Origin: Geosiphon pyriformis uo1
Taxonomy: Eukaryota; Fungi; Glomeromycota
Assembly (NCBI GenBank): GCA_016748015.1
Contig: JAAOMT010000470.1
Span: 242,509-306,508 of the forward strand
Direction: 5' to 3'
Length of the DNA stretch: 64,000 bases
Below are positions 23,329-37,341 of this stretch, one piece after another. The position numbers and the translations under genes were made by a program. The notes under the pieces are model-generated. The model had not been told where the DNA came from. It saw nothing but the letters and a program-made list of their open reading frames with translations, and searched no databases. The number at the start of each line of letters is the position of its first letter. Position 1 is the stretch's first letter.

Positions 23329-26300
23329 TAAGTATTATAGTTTACAATTTCTTTAATTTCTTAATATTACATAATAAAAAAACTTGTATTATTAATTACA
23401 ATTTAGTTTTTTATGTTTATATTAGATATATTACAATTTGTTTTATTAATAATAAAAACAAATCTATTATTATTTATTTAATTTTGGTTTTTATAAAAGT
23501 TAATTTATGTTGAACTGAATTAGAAATACAAAAATAAGCTAATTATAATTAGTTTAATTATATTTTAATATCTTATATATTTGGTAAAGTTTTTGTTAAA
23601 TACTTTAAAAAATATATTAAAATTAAATAAGCTATGTTTAGTATAAATTAAGCTAAAAAACCAGATTTTTATTACTTAATTTATCTTTTTTAGTAATAAA
23701 TATAAGTCCAAATAGTTTGTAGTACTTTATTTTTCTTATTTTTTGTTGATATTTTTTTGAACTTTAATTTAACTTTAGTTAAAAAACTTATTTTATTGGT
23801 AAATAACACCATTAATTTAAAATTTATTAATTTAATAAGTTAGCAAAAAAATTTAAATGTTTTTATACTAGTGATTTTTTAATTTTGTTTTTAATATCAT
23901 TAATAATCTTTTTATTATAGAATTAAAAGAAGAATATAAGAATAAAAAATGATTTAAGTATAACTATTTATAATAAAACTGCTTTAATTTATGACTTTTT
24001 AGAAATTTATAATATTGTTATTAAAATAAAGCTTTAAAATATAATTCAATTTTAAATTGTAAATAAATTTGCTAATATCTGAATTTATATTTTTAAAATA
24101 AATTTTGACTATTTAAATTTTAATATTACAACTATTATAAATAATTATATGATTAAATATATGTACAAAGTTTTTAAAATTGTTAATTAGTTTTTATTAA
24201 TTAGATTATTTTTCAAAAACACATTTTTTATTTCAATTTTAGAACTTTATTCTAATATTGCTTTGGTAATATATTTAGTTTATACTAATAAAATTAATTT
24301 ATTAATTTTTAAAACTATAAATAAATCTTTATTTATGATATTATATTTAAATTTTTTACTTTTTTGCTTTTATTTATTTACTTAATCATAATTAATTGAA
24401 TATATTAGCCACTAATGTTATTAATTAGCTATTTTATTTTTAAAATTAATTATTAAAATAATTTTTGACTTTATTAATAACTTGATCATTGATTTAATTA
24501 TTAATTTGGTCATTAATTTGATCATAATTTGATTATTAACTGAATTATTAATGTAAACACTAAATTAATTATTAATTTTTTTTTGAAAATATATAAATAA
24601 ATTTTTTTAAAATTAAAGAAAAGCATTTACATTCGAATTATATTTAAATCAATACAATAATATTAACTTTTTTCTTTTTTTTTACTATTTTTTTTTCTTT
24701 TTTTAATTAGTATAATTGTTAATTTTTGTAAAGTATATTAAATAAATATTTACTAAAAAATGCAATTTACATTTAATATTAAATTTTAAGAATACTAATA
24801 TAAAGCATAAAATTATATTAGTGTATTATCTTTTGTTAACAATATAAACTATTTTTTTATTTTCAAATTTTTTTTTATCTTTAAAAAAAATAGTGGCTGA
24901 AATATTTATAAAACTGATCTTGTATATTAAATTTTTACTAATTTAATTTATTTATTAAAGTTAAATTATTTATAATACATAATTAAAACAATTTAGCTTA
25001 TATTAAACTTAATTTTTTTTATTTTGTCTTATTTGTTTTTTAATTAAAAACAATTTAGCTAAAAATCTTGACATTTTTAAAATTGGTTTTTAGTTAAATA
25101 TTTAACTAAAATTTATTTTATATATATTATTTATTTTCTTAATCAAGCATATTTTAAAGAAAAATTCAAAACAAAAAACAATTATATTAATTAATTAATA
25201 TTTTAAAATATCTAAATTGTTTTATATTATAAAAATATAAGTTTTTTATCTTTATATTGAAAATTTTTTTAAGATCTTATAAAATAGCTTAAAATTTGCT
25301 ACAACAAATTTATATAATAATAATTACAAGTTTTAAATAATTAAAAGATATTTTTAGGAATTTTCATTACATAGTTTACTTAAAAAATTGTTAAAAAAAC
25401 TGCTTAACAAAATCTTCAATAATTTTCTAAAAATAATAACCAAAATACAACTTTTTTAATTACATAGTTTGAAAAAAAAGTTTATATTACAATATTAATA
25501 TTCAAATAAAAACTAAAACTAAAACAAAGAATACAAAGTTTAGAAAAAATAGTTATAAAATATGTTAAGGCTATTTAAAAATTAATTAAATACATAAATT
25601 TAAAAAAAATTGGATAAAAAAACAAAAATTTTTTTTTTTTACAAAAACTTAAAAATAAATTTGTTCTATGTTTTATGGTCTTTTTTTGCCATTAAAAATA
25701 ATTTCACATTAAATTAAATAATAAAAATAGCTTAAAAAATATGTTTTTTCTCAAATAACTATTTCTGTTTTTGTTTTTTTCTAATAATTATTACATTATT
25801 TATTATTTATATTCAAGACTTTAATAAATAATTAATAGATTAACTAACAGTAAATTTTATTAAACTTTTAAAACTATTAACCAAAACAGTATAAGAAAAC
25901 TAAAGGCTTTTAAAATTTTAATATTAGTTTTATTATAATTAATTACAACAGTTCCAATATAATTCAAGATTTTTCAATTTGCTACTAACATAAAAACATT
26001 AATTATTTAATATTAAATATAAGAAATAATAATTAAATAAACAATAAAATTACAATAATCAAGCTTTTAATTCAAATACAAATTAGACTTATATAAACTT
26101 TTTTGAAAAAAATTCTTTAATTAAAACAACAAAATTTTAGTTTTTAAATTAATAAATATACTTTTTAAAAAATAAAAATACAAGCTAAAAAAAAATCTCT
26201 TGTTTAATTTTAATTTAATTAACAATAACATAAAACTACAAGAAATTAATAACAACTATTAAGTTATATTAGATCTAAAAAACACAAAATAGATTTTAAT

Positions 26301-26583
26301 TTAGATTCTAATATTATTGTTTTAATATTTAATAACAAGAATAAAGTCTCAAAAATAAAAGTATTTAAAAATTTATCAAAATTAAAATTATCAAAAATTA
26401 TATAAAAATTTGGTTCTTATATTATAGTCAAAAATCTAATAGAAACATCTATTTATATTATATTTGATTAGTTTATAACTTATTCACAATTCTAAAAAAA
26501 ACTTTTAAAATTATTAATACCTAAAAAAAACAATTAAAAACTAATAAATATCTTTAATAAACCATATTAACTCTTAATAATAT
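23312..26583. other. Extremely AT-rich relic region; includes a very decayed family C LTR piece (~24370-24570) and a possible LINE relic (~25850-26580)
   Basis: Almost no G/C; 24395-24560 resembles the reverse complement of 27115-27240, including the 12-bp repeats. Confidence 0.5.
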
Positions 26584-28155
26584 TGTTACGGATTGGAGTA
26601 ACAAGCTAACAGATAGCAAGGGAGAACAGGATTGTAGGGTGATGGAAATAATCAAAGGAAATTCAACTTCAAAGAGCGAATTGAATAAGTATGGATTCAA
26701 TGTGCAAGATCAGTCTCATAAAATATTTCAGTCACTATTTTTTTTAAAAGATACAGTAACTGAGGAATCTGAAGGTAGAGGAATAATTTGTACTGTCAAC
26801 AAATAATCACACTTGGTATAATTCTATGCCTTATGTCAGTGCTCTTAGAATTCAATATCAAGTATCAGATGTGTTTTTCAGTTACATTTTATTCAATAAT
26901 CTTCAAATACTACACTTATACATTTTAGGAAAAGGGTAAAAATTAACTAACAAGTAATCTTTTATCCCAAGATATTTGAATACTTAAAGATAGGGAAAGA
27001 AAAATTAGCAATAAGAGAATGATTGAGATGAAAGTTGTTATTTTATTTATTCTTGATTATTTTTAATATGCTTTTCTATAGCTAAGAGATTCATCACTTA
27101 TATAGTTGTCAAAAGTGGTCAATAATCAGGTCAACGACTAGGTTAATGATTAAGTCAATAGTCAGATCAATAATCAGATCAATGATCACTATCTAAAAAT
27201 AGAGTGGTTAATTTATATGACATTAGTAGCTAATACATGTGATATTTAATAAGAAGTATAAGTTTCAATCATAATATCATTCTTTTCAAAGAAATTGAGC
27301 TCCAGTGAAATCAAGTTATTCATGGAGTAATCTATTTAAAGGATTTTGTCTAACTCAAAGCTAACTAGTTTGTCTTTTGTGAATAAGGTATATAACACTT
27401 GAGGCAAAATGAGTTTTGTATTCAAGAGACCAAATCTTTGTATTAGAGTTTTAGCTTTTCTAGCAATAGTTAAAACTCTTAAAACATCTAACTGTATAAT
27501 GCCCAAAATTTCTGCCTGTATCTCTGAAATTGTTTTCTTCATGAGTTTCATATCCTCTATGATTTCACCAAGGCGACCATAGAGTTTTAATTGCTTTCCA
27601 TATGACAAGTTTTTGTTTATGAGTAAGATTTTTTGGAGTGTTTTTCCAATTGTGCTAGAAGATAGAAGTATAGCTGCTGTTATACTTTCCAACAGATATT
27701 TATCCATTTTGCTACCAATTCTTTCTTTTTTGGTAGTAGTTTTCTTTGGTCTAATAACAGTATGTGTTTCACTGTTATCAGTTATGGTGGTTTGTTTTTC
27801 AATGGTCAGAGTAGCATTTGGATAGTTTTTGATCCAATACTTATGGAGAGTATAGAAGGCATTTTGAATGTTTTAATCCAGAAAATAATTGTTCATGTTG
27901 ATTGAAGATACCTCTGTTTTGGAAATGGTGCATTTATTTATACTTGATTTTTGCTGATCATTTGGGCCAGTATTACTACAACAGGCAACCAATCAGGTCG
28001 TTTATGATATTTCTTAAGTTGTGTACCATGAACAAGACAATTATTGAAGATTGTTCCAGATTGATCTTGAAGAATATAAGAACTATTGTTTAAAACTTTG
28101 TTGACTATAAAGAGTCCTTTCTATCGGCTAGAAAATTTATCACCATAGACATTGT
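26584..28155 (-). mobile_element. LTR element family C 3' end: LTR (26584-27276), PPT, accessory ORF (27336-27707)
   Basis: tgttacg...cataata, then tcattcttttcaaag (PPT on minus). The LTR recurs in part at 58490-58934 and has 12-bp ggtcaatgatca repeats at ~27117-27189. Confidence 0.7.
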
Positions 28156-28159
28156 CTTT

Positions 28160-28761
28160 GTCTAAATGGTATCCATGATGTCAATTACTCAGTGCTTTAA
28201 TTTTCTTAATCAATTTAGTAAATCACAATAAAATAAAAAAAATAAAAATAAAAAAAAAAAATAAAGAAAGAAAATAAAGAAATGAGCCAATGCAATTGCA
28301 AGTTAGTATTCTGTCAATAGCCATAATCAAGAGCTATTGTTCCAGTATAGTTAAGTATCAATTACTATCAATATGAAGTGTTGATAGTGGGAGTGAATTT
28401 GAAATAGAGAATAATTATTTATTGATATTTGTGGATTGAAAAGTTGCTTCAATAAAATCTAAACTGAAAAGTCTCTAACTAAGAAATTCTGTCTTTTCTA
28501 CTTTCAACACTACTGCTATATATACATGATTTGAATTCTATGAGATCACTCACATTCTTGAGCAATATTCTATAATTTCTTAAGCAATGTTCATATTGCT
28601 GAGTAATGTGCCATGATTTCTGATATTGCTTCATATTGTTCAGCAATGAGCTGTGATTTTTGACATTGCTTCACATTGTTGAGCAATGTGTTCATGTGCT
28701 AACTACTATTCTCTTATTAGTCTACTGTTGTCTTATATCTGTTTTCTTTTTATGAGTAACA
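28160..28761 (-). repeat. Partial family B LTR
   Basis: Similar to 31560-32109; ends gagtaaca and interrupts the protease domain to its right. Confidence 0.85.
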
Positions 28762-31700
28762 ATGGAGACAATAATGCCATTGACTTTGAAAAAGAAGTTG
28801 TTAATTTTGTTAATAGAAATTTTGATTGTCCCATTGGCTGTAATAATTCTGGTGCTTGCCGCATAATTAACTTAGTGATCTAATTGGTTTATAAGTTGTT
28901 GTGTGATAATGCTACCTGCTAAACTACTGTTCAAGATCAGTTTGATTGACAACCATTGACCTTGACATTAGTGTATATTGCAGTAATGAGTTTAGTATTA
29001 AGAATAGCTTCACTAAAAAGAGACATTGTGGTTGATTCTTTAATTTTGAAAAAAAAAATGGCTGCTAGTAATTTGTTATTGGTGACTATTACTGATAGAA
29101 TATTGCTGGTGAGTGGTTTCTGGTTTGTTTTTTAGTTGTTGATTTGGGTGGTTTTAGGAGCCATAAGAAAGCTTAAATAGTTTTGAGAATTTGGGTTTTG
29201 GGCATACTTGGTTTCTGAATTTCTTGGACATAATTTTGAGGGTTGTTGGGATGTACTAGGGATCAGTTGATAAATAATTATTGCCAATCTTCAGTTTTGC
29301 TGAATGGTTTTTGGCTTTTAATTTCCATTGAACACAGTTATTGATAACAGTGTTTGAATGGTTTGTGGTTGATATATTATTAATGACTGTAATGGTTGAT
29401 ATATTATGGGTGTTGCCGGTTAATAAATTAGAGATATGTATATTGGTTGCTACATCATTGAGATGTAATTGAATTGGTATTAATCTTGATTTGGGTAATA
29501 GTTTGGAGTTTAAAATCTGCAATTGGGATTTTAATATTGATTTTCTGATTGTGGGTTATTGTTATAAACTCTGCAGCTGGCTCTAACATGACTTTGTTTA
29601 CCATAATTGTAGCAAACACACATCTCTGGTTGCCATGGTTGATTGGTTAATAATAATAAACATGTCTGATTTTAGAAATAATTTGAGTTTCCTAAATTAT
29701 TGCATCATTGTAGTGGTTAATAGATTGTCTAATTGTTAATTAAGTACTCTTCTAATTTCTAATTAATTGAGTCACTGAATTGTTTCAATTTGAAATCCAA
29801 GTTAAATGATCTGTTTATTACTAGATTTATGGTTTGGGCATGGTTGGCTTTGAGTTCTGTGGCTTCAAAATCTCTGGTGTAAGTAACAGCTGCTTGAAAG
29901 TTGACTTAGTAGATATACATATTGCAAGATACTACTGTATAATTCACAGATAAATTGATTCAAGATTTGGGCTATAGTGAAATAATTGGTGTTAATAGCT
30001 TGGATTTGGTGCAAGTTTCTATGGAAGCATCCTAGATAAGTAGTGACTGCTTCAGTTTTTCTTTGTTTAATAGTAGTGAAGGCATTGGCTAAGCAATTAA
30101 TACTATTATTATTGCTAAAATATTGTAGGAACTCAAGTTTAAATGTGTTAAAATCTTGATATTTGTTGATACTACGAGTTGGCAGTATTCTGGAAGAAGT
30201 ATGAGATGGCTTGAAATGCTTTGATATTGTTCTATCTATTGCTGTGATGGCTTTTTCCACATTGTTTAGTCACACTTGCATGTTATCTTCTTTGCCAATA
30301 AATTTTTCAATTTTGACAATTGGTGCATATGTCATTAGTTGTTGTTGTGGTGGTTGTTAAAATGGTTGTTGCAGTTGTTGTTGAAGTAATACTTGTAGCT
30401 ATTAAATTGGTTTGGCAATTGGTTCAATTAGTGGCTAATTGATTATGATTACTGAAAATAAGTGTTGTTGATTAATAATGTCAAGATTGAGATTGTTTTG
30501 GTTTTTTAGAGTTAGGACACTCAAAGTTTGGTTTTCTGAATTTTCTGAGATTGGGTTTTTAGTATTAATTCCTTGATTGCTATTTTCTTTCTTAGAGTCA
30601 GTTAATTCTCAAGAACTGGTAGTTCCAAAATCTGGTAGTGGTGGTGGTAATTGAACTCTTAATGGCATTAAAGATCACGACTTAAATCTCTTAAAATAAT
30701 TGCTATATGTTCCTAATAACTCTGTTTTTTTCTGTTTATTTTAGAACAGGATTCTGTTTAGTGGTATTATTATGCTTGCTATAGACATGTCTATTATATT
30801 GATAATACTTCTGGATATATGATAATATGATGGATTAGTAGGTGAATCAAATCTTTGTTTCTTTCAAGTAAGTAGTTGAATTTGCTTTGGTGTTTCTGTT
30901 GGTGTTTGTAATCTTCTTTTTTTTTTGTCCACAAAAGTGATAAAAAATCTTTGCTTGGTGTATTTTTCAATTTTTTTGTTTATTTTCATAATTAGAGGTG
31001 CAAATAAATAGTTTTGTAGAAGAGTAGTGCTTTGGAGTAGTTCACTGAAAAAATTGTTGAAAGTAAATTCTGGATCTTCTTGACCTTTTAAGTAGTATGC
31101 AATTTTTTTGTTGATGTAACAATTAAAAGCTAATTCTGTTGGCCAATTATTATTTGCTAATCTGAAATAGATGTAATAATATTGGAATAAGAATTTTGCA
31201 AATCCTAAGTGGTTTGTTCCTGTTTCTTAGAATTCTGCTATTGTTTTGGATGGTTGCTGTTGGTGCTGGTTCTCTGTTGAATTATACTTTACAGGGAGCA
31301 CCAAATGTTATAAGTGATTATTTGGAGTCTCGAATCAAATAACAAATCTGTAACTTAGTGCTAATGGCTAATACAGTTATTATGATCTGAAGATTTTGGT
31401 TGTCTAAAGGTTTTGGTTGAGTCTTTTGTATAATAAATAGAGATTTAATAGTTGTTTTCAGTAGCCTTTCAAAATCACAATTCTGTCAATTTTTTTTTCA
31501 GCTTGGTGGCTGGCAATCCTCTGGTAAATAATCCTTAATTTTAAGTGTCTATCCTTTTACAGAAGTCTTAATCAATTAGTAACAACAAAGAAATAAAATA
31601 CAAAAGAAAATTTAAAGAAAATAAAATATAAGCCAAGACAAATAATATTAGTATTCTGTCAATAGCCATAATTAAAAGTTATTGTTTCAGTGTAATCAAG

Positions 31701-32109
31701 TATTTGATACTATTAACATGAAGTATTAATAGTGAAGAGAGTAATTTAGATAGTAATAATTATTTATTAATATTAATAATTATAATAGAGATGTAATAAT
31801 GGGAAGGTATCAGTAATTTTTAAATTATTTTTTTCTGTTTCTAATGCTCTTGTTATATATACATAATTTAGATTCTATAAGATCACTTACATTCTCGAGT
31901 GATGTACTATAATTTTTTGAGCAATGCTTATATTGTTAAGCAATATGTCCTAATTTTTTAACATTGCTCCATATTGTTAAGCAATGTATTGTAATTTTTG
32001 ATATTGTTTCACATTGTTGAGCAATATGCTTACATACTAACTACTACTTTCTTATTGGTCTATCTGTTTTTTTCTTATTTTTCTTTATATGTTTTTCTTA
32101 TGAGTAATA
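28762..32109 (-). mobile_element. Ty3/Gypsy family B 5' half: 5' LTR (31306-32109), PBS, gag, protease
   Basis: PBS tttggtgctccctgt; gag ORF 29865-30260 (FKLEFLQYFSNNNSIN..IKQRKTEAVTTYLG.FHRNL); PR LILNSSLAGSIIT (~28900-28945). Confidence 0.92.
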
Positions 32110-34073
32110 CCAAGAAAAGAATTTCAAATTTAAAGTTATGTCTTTTGGCTTAATGAATGTTTCAGCCACATTTCAATAGCTCATGAAAATTGTTTACACT
32201 AAACTATTGTGGAAGTCAGTAATTGTTTACCTAGATAATACCAATGTGTTCTCCAAGACATTCAATGATCATTTACACTATTTTTAACAAGTATTTAAAA
32301 GACTAAGAAGAGCTGGATTAAAGTTAAATGCTACCAAATGTTTCTTTAGCAAAACGAAATTAAAATTCTTGGAACATATTGTAAGCAAAGACAGAATCAA
32401 GATGGATTCAAACAAAATTAAGATAGTTAAAAACTTTCCAGTACTAACCAACTTGACCAAACTACAAGCATTCTTAGGATTTGTGGATTACTATCACTAA
32501 TTCATTAAAAACTTTTCCAAATTGGCTCAGCTATTACACTAGCTCTAAACAAAGAACACCAAATATGAATAGATAGAAAGCCAGCAAGAAGCTTTTAATA
32601 CATTAAAAAAAAAGCTTATTTAAGCTCTAGTACTAATCTATTCAGATTATAGCAAGCCATTTATAATTACAACTGATGCATCAGATTAAACATTGAAAAC
32701 AATACTATCTCAGAAAGAACCAGATAGAAAAGAATATTTAGTAGTATATGCTAATCACAGCTTGAGTTCAATAGAAAAAAACTATGGAATATTAGCACTA
32801 AAACACTTAGCAATTTATTGGGCAGTTATAAAATAAAAAAAATACTTAAGCCAGAAATTCGACATATATACTAACCATAAAAAATTGACTTCAATCCAAA
32901 AGCAAAAATTTGGAAATGATCATCATACTAAATAAAAAATAAAACTTTCACTATTTATTTATATAATACATTACAAAAAAAGAAAAGAAAATAGAAATAC
33001 TGATAGTTTGTTATGAATGAGACAAATCTAAAACTATTCCAATTCAAAATATAACAAAAGATAAATACACAAAAATATCAACAACTCTAACACTATATTA
33101 GTATTTAGCAGTTTAAGAAAAAATTATCTCTAAAAAAATGGATCAACATAAAACAACAATTCAAATATTTTATTATTTATCAAAATATATTATATTAGAA
33201 AAACAGAAAAAATTCAGACCAATCATACAAAGTAATTACAGAACCAAAGAAAAAAACAATACTATTCAATATGCACTCAAATCCAACAGCAGAATATTTC
33301 CATAAAGAAGCAACTATAGAAAAAACCAGAAAAAAATATTATTGGCCATCTATGTATTCAGATATTATTTAATATGTTCAAAATTGTAATGCTTATTAGA
33401 AAAAAAGAGAAATAAAATCCAGTAAACCATTGAGACCAATCAAAATAAAACAATTATTTAATCACATTGGAATTGACTTAGTTGGACCATTAACAATAAC
33501 CAGTAGAAAAAACAAATATATCACAGTAGCCATGGATTATCTTACTAAGTAGCTGGAAGCAAAAGCCATTCAAAAAGCAGATGCAAAATCTATAGCCGAA
33601 TTTGTTCATTAAATTTAATTTATCGACATGAATGCCCAAAAAAATTACTATTCAATCAAAAAACTCACTTCATAAATAAAACATTAGCAGAATTAAGTCA
33701 AAGATTTAGAATAAAAAGACTATTATCATCATTATATTATCCATAAACCAATGGCTTAGTTAAAAGGTTTAATAGAACATTGTGTAAAGCAATTGCCAAA
33801 ATCAACCAAAAAAATCAAAACAAATGGAATTTGTTTATACCATCAATATTATTTGCTTATTAGACAATAAAGCAAGATATTATACAAACAACACTATTTG
33901 AATTAGTATATAGTAGAACAGCAACAATACCAGTAGAGATAAAAGTCAACATGTATTTAACTGAACCAATAACAGAAAACAATTTCCAAGAAACATTGTT
34001 GAAAAAAACATATAACTTAATGAAAACACTAGAAAACAAATAGCAAAAAGCAGCTAATAATATTCAAAAGTCT
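32110..34073 (+). mobile_element. Ty3/Gypsy pol fragment (RT-RNaseH-INT); continues inverted from 42721 to 40806
   Basis: VMSFGLMNVSATFQ, VYLDNTNV, ITTDASD, IGIDLVGPL, AMDYLTK, TNGLVKRFNRTL; ends NIQKS. Confidence 0.92.
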
Positions 34074-36767
34074 ATTAACAAATATTTAAAAACAACTATA
34101 GAATTTTTACCATTCCAAATCATGTTTATAATCTTAAGAGTCTTATTACTATCTAAAGTTGACTATTTCTTAGCAAGATAATTGAATTCAAGCATATTAT
34201 TTAAAAACTTTTTAACAATTTTGGTAATCAGCAATTTCAACCCAAAAAACTTTAAAGAGTATTTGTTTTTGGAACATTCAAATTTATTGAACCAGTGTCT
34301 AAAAAATGTTTTATTAGCTGACTCCACTATTACCTTCTCCAACAACTTCCACATAGTATCCAAATTACCACAAGTTTTAGTCACAAAAAATCCAGTCTTT
34401 ATTACTAAGAATCTGGTTGAAGTACAATCTTTAAATCTTACCTATTTGGCATTATTTGTATTTTCGATTCTGAACTTCCAATAATTTTTGTTAGTTTGTT
34501 TGCATAAGCTATTCAATTGAATATTCAAAAGACTATCCAAACTAATCAAAATTAAAACCAAAACAGTCTTGTAATCTGTATCAAAGAACTCAAAAATGAG
34601 ATTGATTTTATAACTGGCCACTGCAAATAACATACTCTTATTTACAAAAATATAATCAATAACTTTCTTAACATTTTTTAAATTGCTCTAAGTAAAAGTT
34701 TTGATTAGCAAATGCTTACCAAAGAAATTGATCAAACCCAAATCTGAGCAGAACTTGAAACTTACACTCTTCTTAAACCTATTTTTATTGAAATTTTTAC
34801 TCAAAATTACAAAAGTGCTAGAGTTAATAATTTTAGCAATAAAGAAGTTGATTTTTGCAGCTTGACCAAATTTGGTCTTAGCCAAAGCACCAGCATACAG
34901 ATTCAAAATCATAACCAAAAGTTTGCCTTTAAAGAAAAGTCATACTAAAATAATCTAACCAAGAACTTTTTCAATCTTAGAAATATAATACACTAGAAAA
35001 TTGTTCATAATAATGGCCACTTTAGCACTAAGAAACTTTTTATTTAAACCAGATAAAAAAATCCTTATTCTATTAAACTTATACATAATCTATAACCTAA
35101 TGCCAGGCTTTAATTTTGTTTTTGTAATAATTAAAACCATATTTTCTGAATTTATATGCTAATAAACAATGTTTTTCTGCTTGGTAGAAATATTAATATC
35201 CTAAATATTACACATAGCAAATTTTTAAATTAGATTTGTTATTGAGAAAAGAAATTTTTTACACTCAAACAAGCATTGTCTATTTTGGTTATCAAATCTA
35301 TAACCATGTTTAATAAACTGTTCAAAATCTTTCTCAGTCTTAAAACAACTAAAAAATCAATACTTATTACTTTTACAATAGTTTTATTACTAGTGATTAC
35401 ACTCAAACCCTTACTCATTACTATATCTATCTCTTAATTCTGTGATAAAAAAATTATTAATAACTAATATTCAGAGCTAAACTAAGAAATTATTGATTTC
35501 AGTGTGTCCAATCTCTTAGCCAGCTTAACCACTTGCTTTGCAAGGCTATCAAGATTGTGTTTAAGAGTGGCAAATCTATCATTCAATTTTATAAATACCA
35601 ATAGAATAGATTTCATCTTTGAAGAGAAACCAAAACCAACTAAGTCATTTTGTGTAGAAAAAGAAAAGAAAAAAGACCCATCAACAATCTTGGCCCAAGA
35701 AGTGCCACCAAAAAAAACAAAATAGACAATTAGTGTTGAACATTTAGCATAGATGAATACCAATCTGCTTTTATTTTTCTTTAATAACATTCTATGAAAT
35801 GAACTATCAGAAAAAGCTTTCCTATTCACAAAGCAGTCCAATAAAATATGACCCAATTTCTCATATTTAGCATATTTTGCCGAATCTAGATAAGTCCAGT
35901 GCAAATTGGCATCTCTCAAAACTGGTATAGTTTTCATAATAGCATTTAATGAATTAACTAAATCAAAGAAAACAACTACATATTTTATTTGAGCATATAA
36001 AACTAGATGTTAATCAATAATACATGTTTTTCTACTCACAAATCCAATAAAATCCCAAATATCATAAGTATTTGTTTCTATTGGCAGTGTATAGAACAAT
36101 GCTTTATGATTATTTCTAAAATTTTATGTTTTCTTATCTTTGTTAATTTTAGCTACATAAACTGTATTTTTTCTGATTAGAATAAACCATTTTGCTGTAA
36201 CCAAATCAGTATAATCTATTTCATTAAATTTGACCACAGCTTTTGTTACAGTCCTACCAACTGCATCTTGATTGACTTAATCAATCCAAACTCAAAAAGT
36301 GCAGCATGCACAGTCTCAGCTATTATCTTAATTGGAATTTTTTTTACCACCACAGCTTAATTTAAATATACAGCAGATTTTTTGAGATTAGTGTTTATTG
36401 TAATCTTCATATTCTTTGCCATATTAGATGCTTAAACCAAGCTTAATTCAGAAATAAACATTGCTCTAATAATCCCAGCAAATTTTAAAGGAGTAGAGGC
36501 CTTTTTAAAACCATTAATTTTTGAAAATAATTTTCTAACTATTACCAGTTTTTCTTGAGAAAACTTTTTAGCCACCTTATCTAAACCAATATCCAAAACA
36601 AATAATTTTTTAATGAAAATATTAACCAAATTCTTTAAAGGAAAAAGAAAATTCAGCAGAACATTCAACAAAATATTATCATTATTATTATCATCATTTA
36701 AAAAGTTGATTTTCTTTATTGGCTTCTTTAGAGCTTTTTTAGTCTTAACACATGAACTTTTTGGTGT
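34071..36767 (-). mobile_element. LINE 5' half (most of ORF1 with Zn knuckle, APE endonuclease of ORF2); continues at 42719 on +
   Basis: Homologous to ~55740-58450; ORFs 35482-35937, 36432-36671, 34688-34918 (ILNLYAG...FVIL..NFN). Confidence 0.9.
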
Positions 36768-37341
36768 TGTTACTTATAAAATATAGAAATTATAGTAGTA
36801 TATATATTAACCAATCAAAAATAGACATAGTAAAATATAGAATTCCAGAATTTTTCTCAAAGAAATTACAGAATTCCAGAAATTATAGAATTTTCATACA
36901 AAGAATCACAGAATTTCTGGCAGAAAAAATTAAAGAATTGAGGAATCTCAAATATGTATATATAGCAGTAGTATTAAAAGCAGAAAAAACAGATCTCTTA
37001 GTTTGGACTTTTTTTTCTATCTATTCTCTAATTGCTTCAAAGATAGTTTATATCTGCTGAAATAAATCATCAAATTATCAATAAAATACTTATCTACATC
37101 TAATTTATGTTGTTATTATTTGATTAAAAAATATTCATTAAACTCTAAACTATCAACACTTTATGTTGATAGCTGTCAATACTTAACTATGTTGGAACAA
37201 TAGCTCTTAATTACAGCTATTAATAAGATACTAACTTTTTATTGTTTTGGCTTATTTTCTTTATTTTCTTTTCTTTCTTTTATTTTTTCTTTTATTGTTG
37301 TATACTAATTGATTAAGAATTAAGCACTAAGTTACTAATAT
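36768..37341 (+). repeat. Partial family B LTR
   Basis: Starts tgttactta, matches 8165-8720; cut by a family A LTR. Confidence 0.85.
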
